Origin: Eremomyces bilateralis CBS 781.70
Taxonomy: Eukaryota
Direction: 5' to 3' (one strand)
DNA: 64,000 nucleotides
NCBI GenBank assembly: GCA_010015585.1
Contig: ML975174.1
The notes beneath the pieces are model-generated. The model ran no database searches and was not told the origin of the DNA. It saw only the letters and a list, made by a program, of their open reading frames with translations. Of this stretch, positions 48,486 through 60,398 are shown in pieces; within the stretch, counting starts at the first letter, position 1, and each line of letters opens with the position of its first letter. A program made the translations under genes and the position numbers.

Positions 48486-49260
48486 ATGTCTGACTCCAAC
48501 GAATGCATCACTGCCTACCCCAACGTCAAACCCAGTCCCCAACCCCGAACCCCCGGTGCGGCCTCGACAATAACTTCGACCCGCCCGCCAACTCCCCCCA
48601 ACTCGAGTTCTGGCTCCAGAGGCAGCCGTATCTACAAGAATACGAGGGCCAGGACCTGCTCAAGGGCAAGGACGCATTGATTAATGGTGGATACTGGAAT
48701 TGGTCAGTCTGTGGCGCTCTTGTTCTCGAGGGGGGGTGCCAGTGTCCTATTAACTACCTGCCTGTCAAAAAGACACGCGGGTTACCAAGCGGATGGTGGA
48801 GAGGGAGAGGTGGAAGTGTATGCTGGCACCTGCGGATCTGCAGGAGGAAACGAAGTATCGAGAGGTTATAGAGGGTACGTCGATGTGTTCGGGTGGATCG
48901 ACATCTTGGGGATCAATAGTGGCTCTTCGGACAGCCTTATAATCCGAGCGTCGCGGGTTTGACTAGGATTCCATGAAAGACGCCAAAGTCAACCTCCAAA
49001 CCGCCGAATCCACCTTCTGCACCAATCTCCTCGCTCCCTTCGCCCTCCCACACACCCCGCGGCAGTATCATCGTCAACTCCGCCTCCATCGCCGCCTACC
49101 CCGGCGACTAGGGGGGCATGGAGGGGTTGGAGGGAGGGGACAGACGCCGTTGGAGAGGGCGGGGATGCTGGTGAAGATTGCGGGGGCGTATGTGTTGTGG
49201 GGAGTCCGTTAGGGAGGATTTTACGAGGGAAACGATGCATGGGAATGGGTTTGTTGAGTA
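48486..49260 (+). pseudogene. Frameshifted SDR pseudogene (glucose/ribitol dehydrogenase, general-stress-protein-39-like)
   Basis: Across three frames: PYLQEYEG..LLKGKDALINGG / DTGIGQSVALLFSRGGASV / INYLP / FGWIDIL / ESTF.TN / IIVNSASIAAYPG; several indels and stops. Confidence 0.8.
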
Positions 49261-49612
49261 TCAGGGTTAGGATGGGGCTTGAGCGAGGGTGGCTGATGGT
49301 GGAGGTGCCAAGCTGGGTGGGAAATGTATCGAATCCAGTTCGGCAGGGCGGAATTGAATTGTATGTTCGTAACGGAACTAATAGATTGGAAGATAATATG
49401 AATGAGGCTCATCGTAGCTTTTCATTAAGTATTCGTATAGTCAGTCTATCCTGCTTGTGAAACGTATCATGTCCATCGCACCTGGATGCTGCTTATCTCG
49501 CCAAACTCCCAGCTCCTAGCGTAGGACACACCAATCGAATATCCGCCACAGCCTAACGTCTATCCTTCGCAATCCCATACACGAATAGCTCCATCCCCTC
49601 CCTCGAACTTTC

Positions 49613-51210
49613 TTACAGAAGAACCATCCCCATACCCACGGCCGCCAACGCAACCACCACCCCCCAAACCCACTCTCGACTTGGCGCCATCCTCCCTGCC
49701 GCGCCCTCCTCGCCCGCTGCACCCTCACCCACAGCTCCCGCCCCACTCGTCGGCACCAGCGCACTCCCCGTTCCAGTCGCCGTCACCGTCGCCGTCGCCG
49801 AACCCTCGAGGTCCAGCTGCTGCCCGATCGACGGCAGGGAGACGTCGCCGTCGACGTCCCAGAAATCGGAGATGCGCGTTGGGCACGGCGGGGCGGCGAG
49901 GCTGGGGGTGTAGGCGGATTTCTGGACGCCGCTGGGGGTGAGGGTCTGCCATTGGGACTTGAGGTTGTCGAAGTCGGGTTGGACGGGGGTAGGGGTGCCG
50001 GAGCGGGTGAAGCCGTCGGGAGGGGCGTCGGGGAGGGAGGGGTCTACTTTTTCGCCGTAGCTGATGAGGCCGTAGTTGTTGGCCTAGAGGGGTTAGTGCG
50101 GCTCTATAGGAGGGTTGATTTCGAGGGGATTTACCTCTTGGATCCATTCGTACACGATGGAGCCGGACCAGTAAGGGGCCATCTTCGGGCCGAAAATGGC
50201 TGCTTGGTCGGCGAAGGTACGGGGACGCACGGTGTTGCAGCCCGTCTCGGAGAAGTAGATTGGAATCGAGTACTCCGTGACGTTTTTAGTCAACGCAGCA
50301 TACCCCGACTCTTCGAAAGTCGTTTTGCCGCACCACTGGTTGAACATTGTCAGCATCCGATACCGTTTCAACTATGTGCGCATTGCAAACGTACCTCATA
50401 TGCGTTCAACGCGAAGAAGTCGAGAGACTCGGAATAGTTGGTGCCGCATGCCAGATAATTCTGCAACATGGGGCGAAGGGTAGCGATGTCCGCGGCGGAG
50501 TAGCCGATGGGAATCTGGCGGTAGTCCTTGCTATCACGGTAGGCCTTCATGTCTCGAGCTGCGGCTTTGACATACGGGGCAGCAAGAGAGCCATTCTTCA
50601 TGGTGATGACTTCGTTGCCGACGAAAAAGCCGGCCACGTTTTCGAACGTGTGGAACGCATCCATGACATCGCTGAACATGCTATGCTGGGTTTCATTCCA
50701 CCACGGGTGATTCTAAATACACATTAGATATGTCATCTTGTTGTAGGTCTGTGCAAGCTTACCTGCTCGATCTGGGTATCGAAGTCATCGAGGTCAATAA
50801 AAGCGTAGATGCCTTTCTCAGCAAATGCGCTCATACATCCAGTATGGTCACCGCTCGGATTCACACTGCGAGTCTCGTTAGAAGGTTACGGAGGCACGAG
50901 ATCCCCGGCCCTCAGGGGAGCTTACTGGTAGACGCGGATTGCGTTCGCACCCAGCTCGGACATCAGACTTGCATCGCGTTCGCATTGATCAGTGTCGATG
51001 AGGGGATCCTCCGGGACGAGCTGGTAGGCAATTCCTGTTGGCTTTAGCAACATTCCCATATCAGGGGACAGAGAAAGCTTGGTTACCCTTGATGAACCAT
51101 TGGTCGCCTTCACTAGTGAAGAACTTTGAACCTTTGACTTCGATGGTGGGGATAGCAGCAGAAGATGCTGTCAACGCAGCCAACGTCGCGGCCAACAGTG
51201 ATGAACGCAT
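49613..51210 (-). CDS. GPI-anchored GH72 1,3-beta-glucanosyltransferase (GEL/GAS family, no X8 domain), 6 exons
   Basis: Signal peptide MRSSLLAATLAALTASSAA; IAYQL..DPL..CERD..LGANAIRVY; FFVGNEV; IPIGYSAAD; IYFSETGC; WSGSIVYEWIQE/ANNYGL; hydrophobic C-terminal GPI signal; stop TAA at 49613-49615. Confidence 0.93.
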
Positions 51211-51325
51211 TTTGGTGGGATACCGTCTCTTTCTATTCTTTCTTGAAAGTAATGACCAACGAGTTTGACCAAATCAAGGGAACCAGAGTTTAAGGCAATT
51301 GGGAAACCAAACTGAGTCAATGGCT

Positions 51326-51374
51326 GTTGTCGCGGTCGTTTTCGCGGTCGTTGTCGCGGTTGTTGTCGTGGTCG
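51326..51374. repeat. 12-bp tandem repeat (GTTGTCGCGGTC)x4 upstream of the GH72 gene
   Basis: gttgtcgcggtc gttttcgcggtc gttgtcgcggtt gttgtcgtggtc read directly. Confidence 0.8.
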
Positions 51375-52356
51375 TGGATATTTGCGAAATCGTTCACAAA
51401 GAAAGACGTTTGCGTACGTATGGACAGGTATTTACAATGTATAAGCAGCGCATGAGGCTCTTCACATAGTTGTATTGAATGACCGTGATTGAAGTGTCGG
51501 CGAAGGATCTCAAAACATCTCGGCTGTGAAATGAGGGCGATGGCAGGAGCGGGTCTCAGGTTGCCGATGGCGACTATCTCGTCACCTTCAAGTAAACTTC
51601 GATGCGAGATGAAAACGGATGTCGATAATGAACGTTATCCTTTACATTGGATTAAGTATAGTGACGACGATGGGATAAAAACAAGCAAACTTAAACATAG
51701 TCGTCTAACTAGTTTGGATCCACCACTAGACTAGAGAGGAAAGGTTAAGGAAAAGGGCGATGCTACTGTCGCCGCCCATTGTCTGAGAGGTGGAAGTTGA
51801 CCTTGGAACTTGGAACTTGGAAATTGGAAGTAATTACAGGACACAAGAATCATCAAGCAAGGAGACCAATAACCTGGAACCGGAAGGCTTCTGGAAGTGT
51901 TCGGCTTCAACCCCACTTGGCTAGATTCGATCTTCCCCATTAAGAACACCAAAACCCCGTATCTTGGAGGTTTGGCTTCCATTGTCAAACCCCGATCCAA
52001 CGAACACAGCGAAGGGAATACCGGAGCCAATTTCATTTCGTACATCGGTGTCATTCCATACCGGTGTTGCGATCACGGTAAATACGAAGTTATCTACGAT
52101 GATTGATGAGACTGGTGATGGATTGATCTGAGCTGATTTCCGAATATGCGAGGTGATAATACTACGTAGTAGACATTGTGATACACGGACATACCATACA
52201 GTGTCCAGCACCGGTGTCCGGTACTACCATACTGGTATATGGGATGCAAGGCATCGTAAGCCAGCACAGGTGAGAAAAGGAGGTATCCGGATCCCGAGAA
52301 GATGGAGCAAGGTATGCTATGGTTCTTAGCCCTCTGGAAGGCCCTGCACTGAATAG

Positions 52357-52800
52357 ATATCAGATTCGCGGCATCTCATCGAAGTCAAAGAATCACTGCT
52401 GAAAGGTCTAGGTGTCTTTGCGAAAGCTGATATATCGCGCGGCACTCGTGTCATTGCAGAACCATATAACAGTCCGAAGGTTTGCTGGATAGAGAGCTTG
52501 GAATTTCGCAAGTCTGATATCATGCTCCGACTCTGTCCAGTCTTACATTTCTTCAGCTATCATGATGGAGCCAGGTTCTCTTTGAGGTTGGGGGATACAG
52601 GAATGTCATTTTTATGGACTGAGAAAGAGCTGGAGATCGACCACTACTGCGTGGGAGAAGGTCATCCCGATCGTAAGAAAGAACTTGAAATCGTAGAACG
52701 ATTGGGAGCGGCAACAACAAGCTCAGAGCCGATTAATGAATCCGTCAATCGATGGTTCGACCTACAAAATTCGCGGGAGAACTCTTACAGAACGATGTAG
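52357..52800 (+). pseudogene. Remnant of a SET-domain/TPR-tail gene with the catalytic core missing
   Basis: HLIEVKESLLKGLGVFAKADISRGTRVIAEP (SET motif I) at ~52372-52464, closely followed by YHDGA..WTEKELEIDHYCVGEGHPD..ELEIVERL; no NHSC/ELxxxY motifs and no start codon. Confidence 0.65.
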
Positions 52801-53548
52801 ATGGTGACCAATTCAGAGCTGGTCCTCAGCAGGTTCAAATTGGGACATTTTCGTTGTCGCATAGGTATGGTACGGCACAGGGATATCCACGATCAGAGAT
52901 ACCGCTGTTAGACTATTAGTACGGGGGAGATCTGTATTATCATCGGTGGCGCGTTTCAACTGCTCGCAGCCACTCATCGGAGGTTGGCACCGATTCTTGG
53001 AAATTCAGGGAGGGGACTGCTGACTGGGGATGATAGATTGGTTTCCTTGGAATTGCGATATTAGGGGGGTATCAGGCTGGGAAGGGGGGTTAGGGGTATA
53101 GATAGTAAGGAGATGAGGCAATATCAGATCGCAGGATCGCCAATGCGATATACAGATATGCTGATCCCACATTGCAGACTACATGTTTGATGATACTTGA
53201 CTACTTGAGCGCTGTATCTACTTAGGCTTCAGTCTTAAAGACATTGAGGCTCTACAGTCTACATTATCTTTCGAAACTTGAGAGTGGCCCGTTTGCACTC
53301 TGTACGAGTTGAGCTGCCGAAGGAAGGATCACAGCCGGGATCGCACATGACTCGTGTGATTAATTGGAGACACGAAGGACCGGTTCAACTTCACGCGTCG
53401 CAAGAGCCGTACTACGTAATCGTGCAAGTCGCAATGATCAATGATGAGATGGTGAGAGATCACTTGTGTTCAGAATCCAAGTAGGAGTCTGGGGTCTATC
53501 ATGCTTTAAGGCACAATCATCACTTTTCAGTATTTCACTTCCGCCATC

Positions 53549-55419
53549 ATGAATCACCCCGTCCAGGTCGTCAACCTCGTCTCCGACGATGAGCCTACTC
53601 CTAAGCGTCCCCGATACAGCGCGCCGGCACTGGGCAAACAGAATATGAGTTCATACCCCCAGAAAGCTGTGCAATCATCCAAACCAGTGGTTGTGAGCGC
53701 GGCAAGACATCATCATATGCCGGGGAACTCAGGCGTCCAAAGCGACATGAAACTATCGTGGACCAAGCAGGAGCTCAGGCGGCTCACCGGGGATTCCCCC
53801 CGCAAACTGTTCGAGATATGCCAATTGGTCATCTCTCCATGGCGTGTAAGTTGACTCAACATCTCATCCTCTCCAGTCTCTCTCGCCTCGATCCGAAACT
53901 GACCGCAATGCAGTCAGCGCCTTATACTCCACTCCGAATCGACTACCTTCCCGATGGCGTCCTACATGCGCTTCACCGCTACCTCAGGCATGGAGAGTTG
54001 CGCCACTATGACGAAGGGGATAATGGGACATGCAAAGTCACGAAACCTCCCCAGGGCCCCCCACAAGCACCGTCCGCGCCCGCTGCGGTGGACATGTCGA
54101 AAATTTCTAGAGTGGGAATCCAAGAGACGCTCAGACTGGTCCGACTTGCGCATCCTACGGAGTTAGAGAAGATCATTTCCGAGCTGGCGTTAAAGAGTCC
54201 GTCCTTACGACTTGCGCTGCTGAAGTACTTGGATCCCAGGGCACACCGCGAGGTGGAGGCAGAAATGCAAAAGCGGACGCAACCGACAAACAGCGTCCAT
54301 CCGCACTGGAAGATGGAGCAGAAAATAAAACCAGAAGTGAGGTCGCCGTTTGCGGAAACTCCAGCATCTCCGGGGTCACACAGCAAAGTTAAGGACCTGG
54401 GTTGTTCTCCAACAGCTCCTGGTCAGGCAGATGTCCCTCCCACACCCCCCTCGGCTTTCCAAGGACAGCCGTATCCGGACCTTAACACCTGGCGTGGGAC
54501 CCTCTACTCTTTACCACCTCAGCATGGATCGTCACATCAAGCACCTGGACCCAGCAATACCGTCCCATCCTCCCTAACAGCCCACCAAAGACCTTCACAC
54601 CAATCAGTTCGCACGAGCAACGGCTCTATGTCCTCTCTCCCATCCTACCAAGGACTTACGTGTCAAGCCCCTGGCCCCATGAATGGACTGGCATATACCA
54701 TACCGCCGTACAATCCATCCTCGATGCCACTGCAAACCTCCGCCCCTTCAAATGTTCAGTGGCGACCCACATTGACGAACACAAACTACCCCTTACCGCC
54801 GCCAACCCCACAACTCAAAGAAAACGTCAACGGACACACGACGCCACACGCCAACATCCCCGGCTACCATCCATCCTTGAATCAATATAGCTACTCAACA
54901 ACCCGTTCCGGCCCGAATGGAACCTCTTTAGAATCGAGACAACAGCCCCAACCGCCACTTCAAACCCCGAAACCAAACTCCTTGTCACCCACTATGGGAC
55001 CATCCCCCTCAGCACGACCAGCGTGGCTAAAATCACGAGAAGCCCCAAACCTTGCCACTAACCTCCTCACCAACCCCCAAAGTCCAGCGGACGAAACAAC
55101 CGGAACCACCAATTCCACCTCGGAAAAGGACCCCAGCATCAACGTCCCCGTCCTCAACTTCAACGACACCGACACCGCCAGCAGCAGCCCAAGCGCGCCG
55201 GCGAATCGAGTACGCAAACGGGTTGTGGAGGGCTCAGAGGACTCAGAGGATGGGAGTGCGGATGGTGGGAGCGGCGCTGAAGGACAGGAGCAGGTGGCGG
55301 GAGAGCCACGACAGAAGAGACTGCGGGTTGGGGAGGGGGATATGATGTCGAGTTCTTTGAAACCGGATTGGTCGGCGACACGGATGAGTTTGTTTGGGCG
55401 ATCGGAGTCGGCGGCGTAG
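53549..55419 (+). CDS. Hypothetical Pro/Ser-rich, probably nuclear protein; junction between ORFs 53549-53854 and 53758-55419 unresolved
   Basis: 553-codon open frame; upstream ATG in good context with VQVVNLVSDDE and PKRPR; no recognisable domain. Confidence 0.5.
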
Positions 55420-55653
55420 GTGGCAGAGGGGCTTGGTGGGCAGCTTGCGGTATAGGAAAGGGTTATTTGCCATCATGTTTGAAGATTTCACGTTCAGCCG
55501 TCTCCTGAGATATACAGGCAAGGATTCACGGAGGGAAAGACCGGTCGCGGCAGGATAAACGGCCGAATCGTTGGTATAAAACCGCCGATCGGCGATCGAT
55601 TGAGTGAAGTTGTTATCTATACGAAATGAATATCGAGTGGTGTCACGTCATCT

Positions 55654-57186
55654 TCATGACTTTCTAAGAGGCATCACCGGCCTACCTCCCACTCCCTTCC
55701 CTCCTTGCTTCACCTTCATCTTCACGAGATTAACCACCTTACTCGACACCCCCAACCGATTCCGCAGCACCAACGCGCCGGTCAGCAACGCCAAACTTCC
55801 CGCCTGATGACCCGCCGCCAACCACGTCGGCACCAAATACAACAACGTCGTGATCCCCAGCGTCACCTGCGCCATCACCAGATGCGTCAGCCCATTCAGT
55901 CCCCGATGCACGTCCCGCGGCAACATCGCTCTCAACCGTCCGCCCCGCCGCTTCCCATACACCCACAGTCCAAACACCGCCGCCGTCGTCGTCATCGCCA
56001 GGATCCGGTGGTCCAGCTGCACGAGCGACGGGTTCGCCGTCATATTGCGCCACACTAGATCGGACTGGTCTTCCTGCTGCGAATAATGCGGGTCCCACAG
56101 CTCAGGGCTCGGCGGCGTAAGCCCGAGTCCCATGTACGGAAACTCGTTGTAGATCAACCCGGCGTCGAGGCCGGCGACCAGCGCGCCGGACATGGCGGTC
56201 GTGAAGACCAACGCGGCGACGGCGGCGGTCGCGATTCGGAAGTGGCGGACGACGGGTGAGCGGAGGGTGGCGAGGAGTTTCTGGGAATCCGCGGGGGATT
56301 TGAGGAGGCGGTGGGCGCGCAGGATGCGCAGGCCAGAGGTGAGCATGAGGGCGTAGACAACGAAGGCGAGGCCGAGGTGGACGGTGAGGCGATATTGCGA
56401 GACGCGGGGGTAGGAGCCCGGGGCGAAGAGGTCGTCTTTCAGGCCGGATTTTACCATCCACCAGCCGACGAAGCCCTGAAGGCCGATGAGGCCGGAGATG
56501 GCAGTCAGGCGAAGGGCAGTGCGGGGAGAGATGCGACGGCGGGCGATGAAGTACATGGTCGGGAGGAGGAAGGAGACGCCGATAACGCGACCCCAGAGGC
56601 GGTGGCCCCATTCCATCCAGTAGATCTTCTTGAACTCCTCGAGGGACATGTTGGGGTTGAGGCGCTGGAACTCAGGGGAGGAGCGGTATTTGTCGTACTC
56701 GGAGGTCCATGCCTCCTGGCTCGTGGGTGGCAGGCTGCCGGTGACCGGACGCCATTCGGTGATACTTAGCCTGAGAAAGTGTTAGTCGATGTCAGGTCGA
56801 CGGTTGGGGAGGGAAGCATACCCCGATTCCGTCAATCGCGTAAGACCGCCGAAGACGACGATCCCGAAGACACTGGCAGCGCTGCCTATCAACCAATATG
56901 CGACCTTCTTGTCGCTGATTTCGGGGTATTTCCTGCTCGACTCCGATGACGATTTCGAGCCTTCGGGGGAGACAGACTTCGAAATCGATGCGGCTTCAGA
57001 GATAGAGGCGGCTACAGATGTCCGCCGGGGATAGGAGTGGTTGATATTAAGCCGTCGAACGGCATAGTTTAAAGGAGAGGCATGCCGTGCTTCTTTTCGA
57101 AGACATGAAGTGCAGGTAAAAGAAGGTTTGATAATGCGCAGGGCGCTGCTGCGGAACCCCGCGAGCGGACGGACTAGCGACGCCAT
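55654..57186 (-). CDS. COX15: Heme A synthase; exons 57186-56822, 56770-55654
   Basis: Presequence; VVFGGLTRLTESG/LSITEWRPVTG; FKKIYWMEWGHRLWGR; GWWMVKSGL; VSQYRLTVH; GALVAGLDAGLIYNEFP; QLDHR; HQAG; intron 56771-56821. Confidence 0.97.
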
Positions 57187-57378
57187 TGTAGAAATGTCGA
57201 GCAACGAATTCCCCCAAATCCTCCTCTAATCAACGAGTTGTTAAAGTCCCATCACCGAGTCCCAATATATTGTCTGAAGGGACACGCTCCTGAAGGGTGA
57301 GGTTCTTCATCTGGAGTTGGATGACCATCGAACGATACATGTGGAAGCCTTAGGCACCAACATATAAATTTATAAAGC

Positions 57379-57544
57379 TGAGTCAGCAGGAATTCAAGCG
57401 CTCAATTTGATTCGTGCCTTAGGCAATAAGGCGTATTCACCCCTCCCGCACAAAAAGTTCCTGTTCGAGATAAACACGAGCACAACGATTGATGAGTCGA
57501 ACCTGTGCCCATTCTCACACTTGAACCTTGCTCCGAGTGACTCA
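57379..57544. promoter_or_regulatory. Gcn4/CpcA-type sites in the divergent COX15-LysRS promoter
   Basis: TGAGTCA at 57379-57385, TGACTCA at 57538-57544, TGAGTC near 57493; TATAAA boxes at ~57363 and 57371. Confidence 0.55.
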
Positions 57545-57651
57545 ACACACCTTCTGTACGTATTGGCTTCTTATATGTCCTCCCGACCTAACTGATTTTG
57601 TTTTTAGCCGGTCAGTTTCTATCACCAATTCCTCCATTGCCCCGCACCAAA

Positions 57652-59679
57652 ATGGCGGGCGAACCGTCCCAAGAAGCCACGCCTGTGGAACAGATGCAAA
57701 ACCTTCTCCTAGACGAAGTCACCGGGGAGAGGGTCTCCAAGTCGGAACGTATGTTCTTCGCGATCCTCATCGATGTGCGTAGCTGATAATGGGTGGAATA
57801 GTCAAGAAGAGGCAGAAGAAGCGCACAATTGATGCGAAGAGGGCCGAGAAGGCAGCGTCCGCTCCCGCTCCCGCGAAGCCGGTCGCGAAGGAAGCTAGTG
57901 CGGAGGAGAAGGAGAAGGATCTGACTCCCAATGTACGGTTATTCCTTCTGTGAGAAACAACAGAGTACTTATGACAGCGCAGCAATATTTCGAGATTCGA
58001 AGCAGAGCGATCAAGAAGCTGAAGGATACTCGGAACCCTGACCCGTGCGTGGAACGAAATTAGCGTTTAACACCATTGCTGATATATCCAGATACCCCCA
58101 TAAGTTCCAAGTCAGCACTGACCTCCGCGAATTTTTGAAGAAGTACGACTCACTCGAGACCGGTCAACTAGTCGAAGATGCCGAAATTCGCATCGGAGCT
58201 CGGATATACACCAAGCGCTCATCAGGGACCAAGCTTCTGTTCTACGATGTCCGCGCCGAGGGAGCGCGCGTGCAGATCATGTGCCAGAATCAGTACGCCC
58301 AGGGCGATGTGTCGTTCGAGAAGCAGCATGAACACCTTCGACGTGGAGATATCATTGGAATCGTCGGGTTCCCAGGACGGACGAACCCCAAGAACCTGAA
58401 GGAGGGCAAGAAGGGGGAGCTGAGTATCTTCGCCAAGGAGATAATCCTGCTGACCCCTTGCCTTCACCAACTTCCTGGCGAACATTACGGCTTCAAGGAC
58501 CAGGAGCAGCGGTTCCGACAACGCCACCTCGACCTCATCATGAACGACAAGACTCGAGATACGTTCGTCACCCGCTCCAGGTTGATCAGCTACATCCGCC
58601 GATACTTCGACGATCGGGACTTCATCGAGGTGGAGACTCCCATGATGAACATCATTGCCGGCGGCGCCACGGCGAAGCCGTTCAAGACGCACCACAACGA
58701 TCTGAACATGGATCTGTTCATGCGTGTTGCGCCCGAATTGTATCTGAAGATGCTGATCGTCGGTGGACTGGAAAGGGTGTACGAAATCGGGCGACAGTTC
58801 CGTAACGAGGGAATCGACCTGACGCACAACCCGGAGTTCACGACCTGCGAATTCTATCAGGCGTACGCGGATGTCTATGATATTATGGAGACGACCGAAG
58901 ATCTGGTGTCCGGCCTTGTCAAGCACCTTACTGGGGGATATCAAACCAAGTTCCACACGCAGCATGGCGAGGTCTACGAGGTGAACTGGGCTCGACCATG
59001 GCGAAGAGTCGAAATGATCCCGGCTCTCGAGGAAGCCATCGGCGAGAAGTTCCCTCCAGGCGATCAACTGCACACCCAGGAAACCAACGAATGGATGCGC
59101 GGCGTCCTGAAGCGCATGAAAGTCGACTGCTCCCCCCCCCTCACCAACGCCCGCATGCTCGACAAGCTCGTCGGCGAATTCATTGAAGAAACCTGCGTCA
59201 ACCCCACCTTCATCTTCGGCCACCCGCAGATGATGTCCCCTCTCGCGAAGTACCACCGCACCCAACCCGGCCTTTGCGAGCGCTTCGAGGCCTTCGTCTG
59301 CAAGAAGGAGATCATCAATGCGTTCACTGAGCTGAACGACAGCTTTGATCAGCGACTGCGCTTCGAGGAGCAGGCGAATCAGAAGGATCAGGGCGACGAT
59401 GAGGCGCAGTTGATCGATGAGACTTTCTGTCAGTCGCTGGAGTTCGGACTGCCGCCGACGGGAGGATGGGGCATGGGGATCGATCGCATGGTGATGTTCT
59501 TGACGGATAACTACAGCATCAAGGAGGTGTTAGCGTTCCCGATGTTGAAGCCGGAGGATCAGGGGGCGAAGTTGGCGGCGGAAATCACCGGCGTGGAGCC
59601 TATGCCTGAAGAGGGGATCCGTAAGTGCTTGCCAGACTCTTAACTTTTCTTTTGCTAACAGCGTCCAGCACACAAATAG
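57652..59679 (+). CDS. KRS1: Cytosolic lysyl-tRNA synthetase (class II); exons 57652-57748, 57802-57932, 57983-58044, 58092-59620, 59669-59679
   Basis: YPHKF, OB-fold, [49 protein letters not shown]; last exon gives ..EEGIPHK*. Confidence 0.97.
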
Positions 59680-60398
59680 ATGTCTGTGGAACGCGTCTCA
59701 CGTTGATATGGAATCAGGCGTGAGAAGCGATGAGTTATCATATGAACATAAATGGTGGTGATCCGCCTTTATCCCTAAATTGTATCGGCTTAGGTGGTAT
59801 GGGCACCAAAAAGCATCTGAACAAAACGAAGAAACGATACGGTTTTACTAAGAATACCTGTCCTTCTAAGATAGGTCGATTCCTAACTCAAAAGGTAGAT
59901 TCAATGGTCTCGTGTCGGACTTGAATTCCTTTCCTTTGATATTTTTCATCGTCCCAGAATCGACCGCCGCTAGCCCATCTAGTAAATACGTCAGTAATGC
60001 TAACCCTTCCTCTGCAACTGTGGCACGGAACGCCTATGTGTTACGCCAAAGGAGTGGTCTGAGGGGAATAGGCTGGAAATTTTATTGAGATCAGCAATAC
60101 CTAAGGTTGACGATGTTCCGCTGCACATCCCTTCGCAACAATCAACCTACTTAGCGATATCTTCCTGACATGTAACTGTCCTGTTAACTCTATTAATATT
60201 AGGAATTACGGTACTAATGTCTATTTACAGCACTTGCGAAGGTATCTAAGTGTCCGAATGCGCCAATCTATAACAATGGAACCAAAAGAGATTCGTGATT
60301 GTGTCCCAAAAGACAATGGGCGCTAGAACTCGCCCAGCGACGTTCCAACCGCAGCTGCCAGCAGCCCAGAAACGCAGCGCGAGAGGTACCGGAAAGCC

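Noticed and set aside
52185..52275. Weak 5S rRNA resemblance (CCATAC..TAAGCCAG)
   Set aside because: Internal control boxes and terminal helix are absent.
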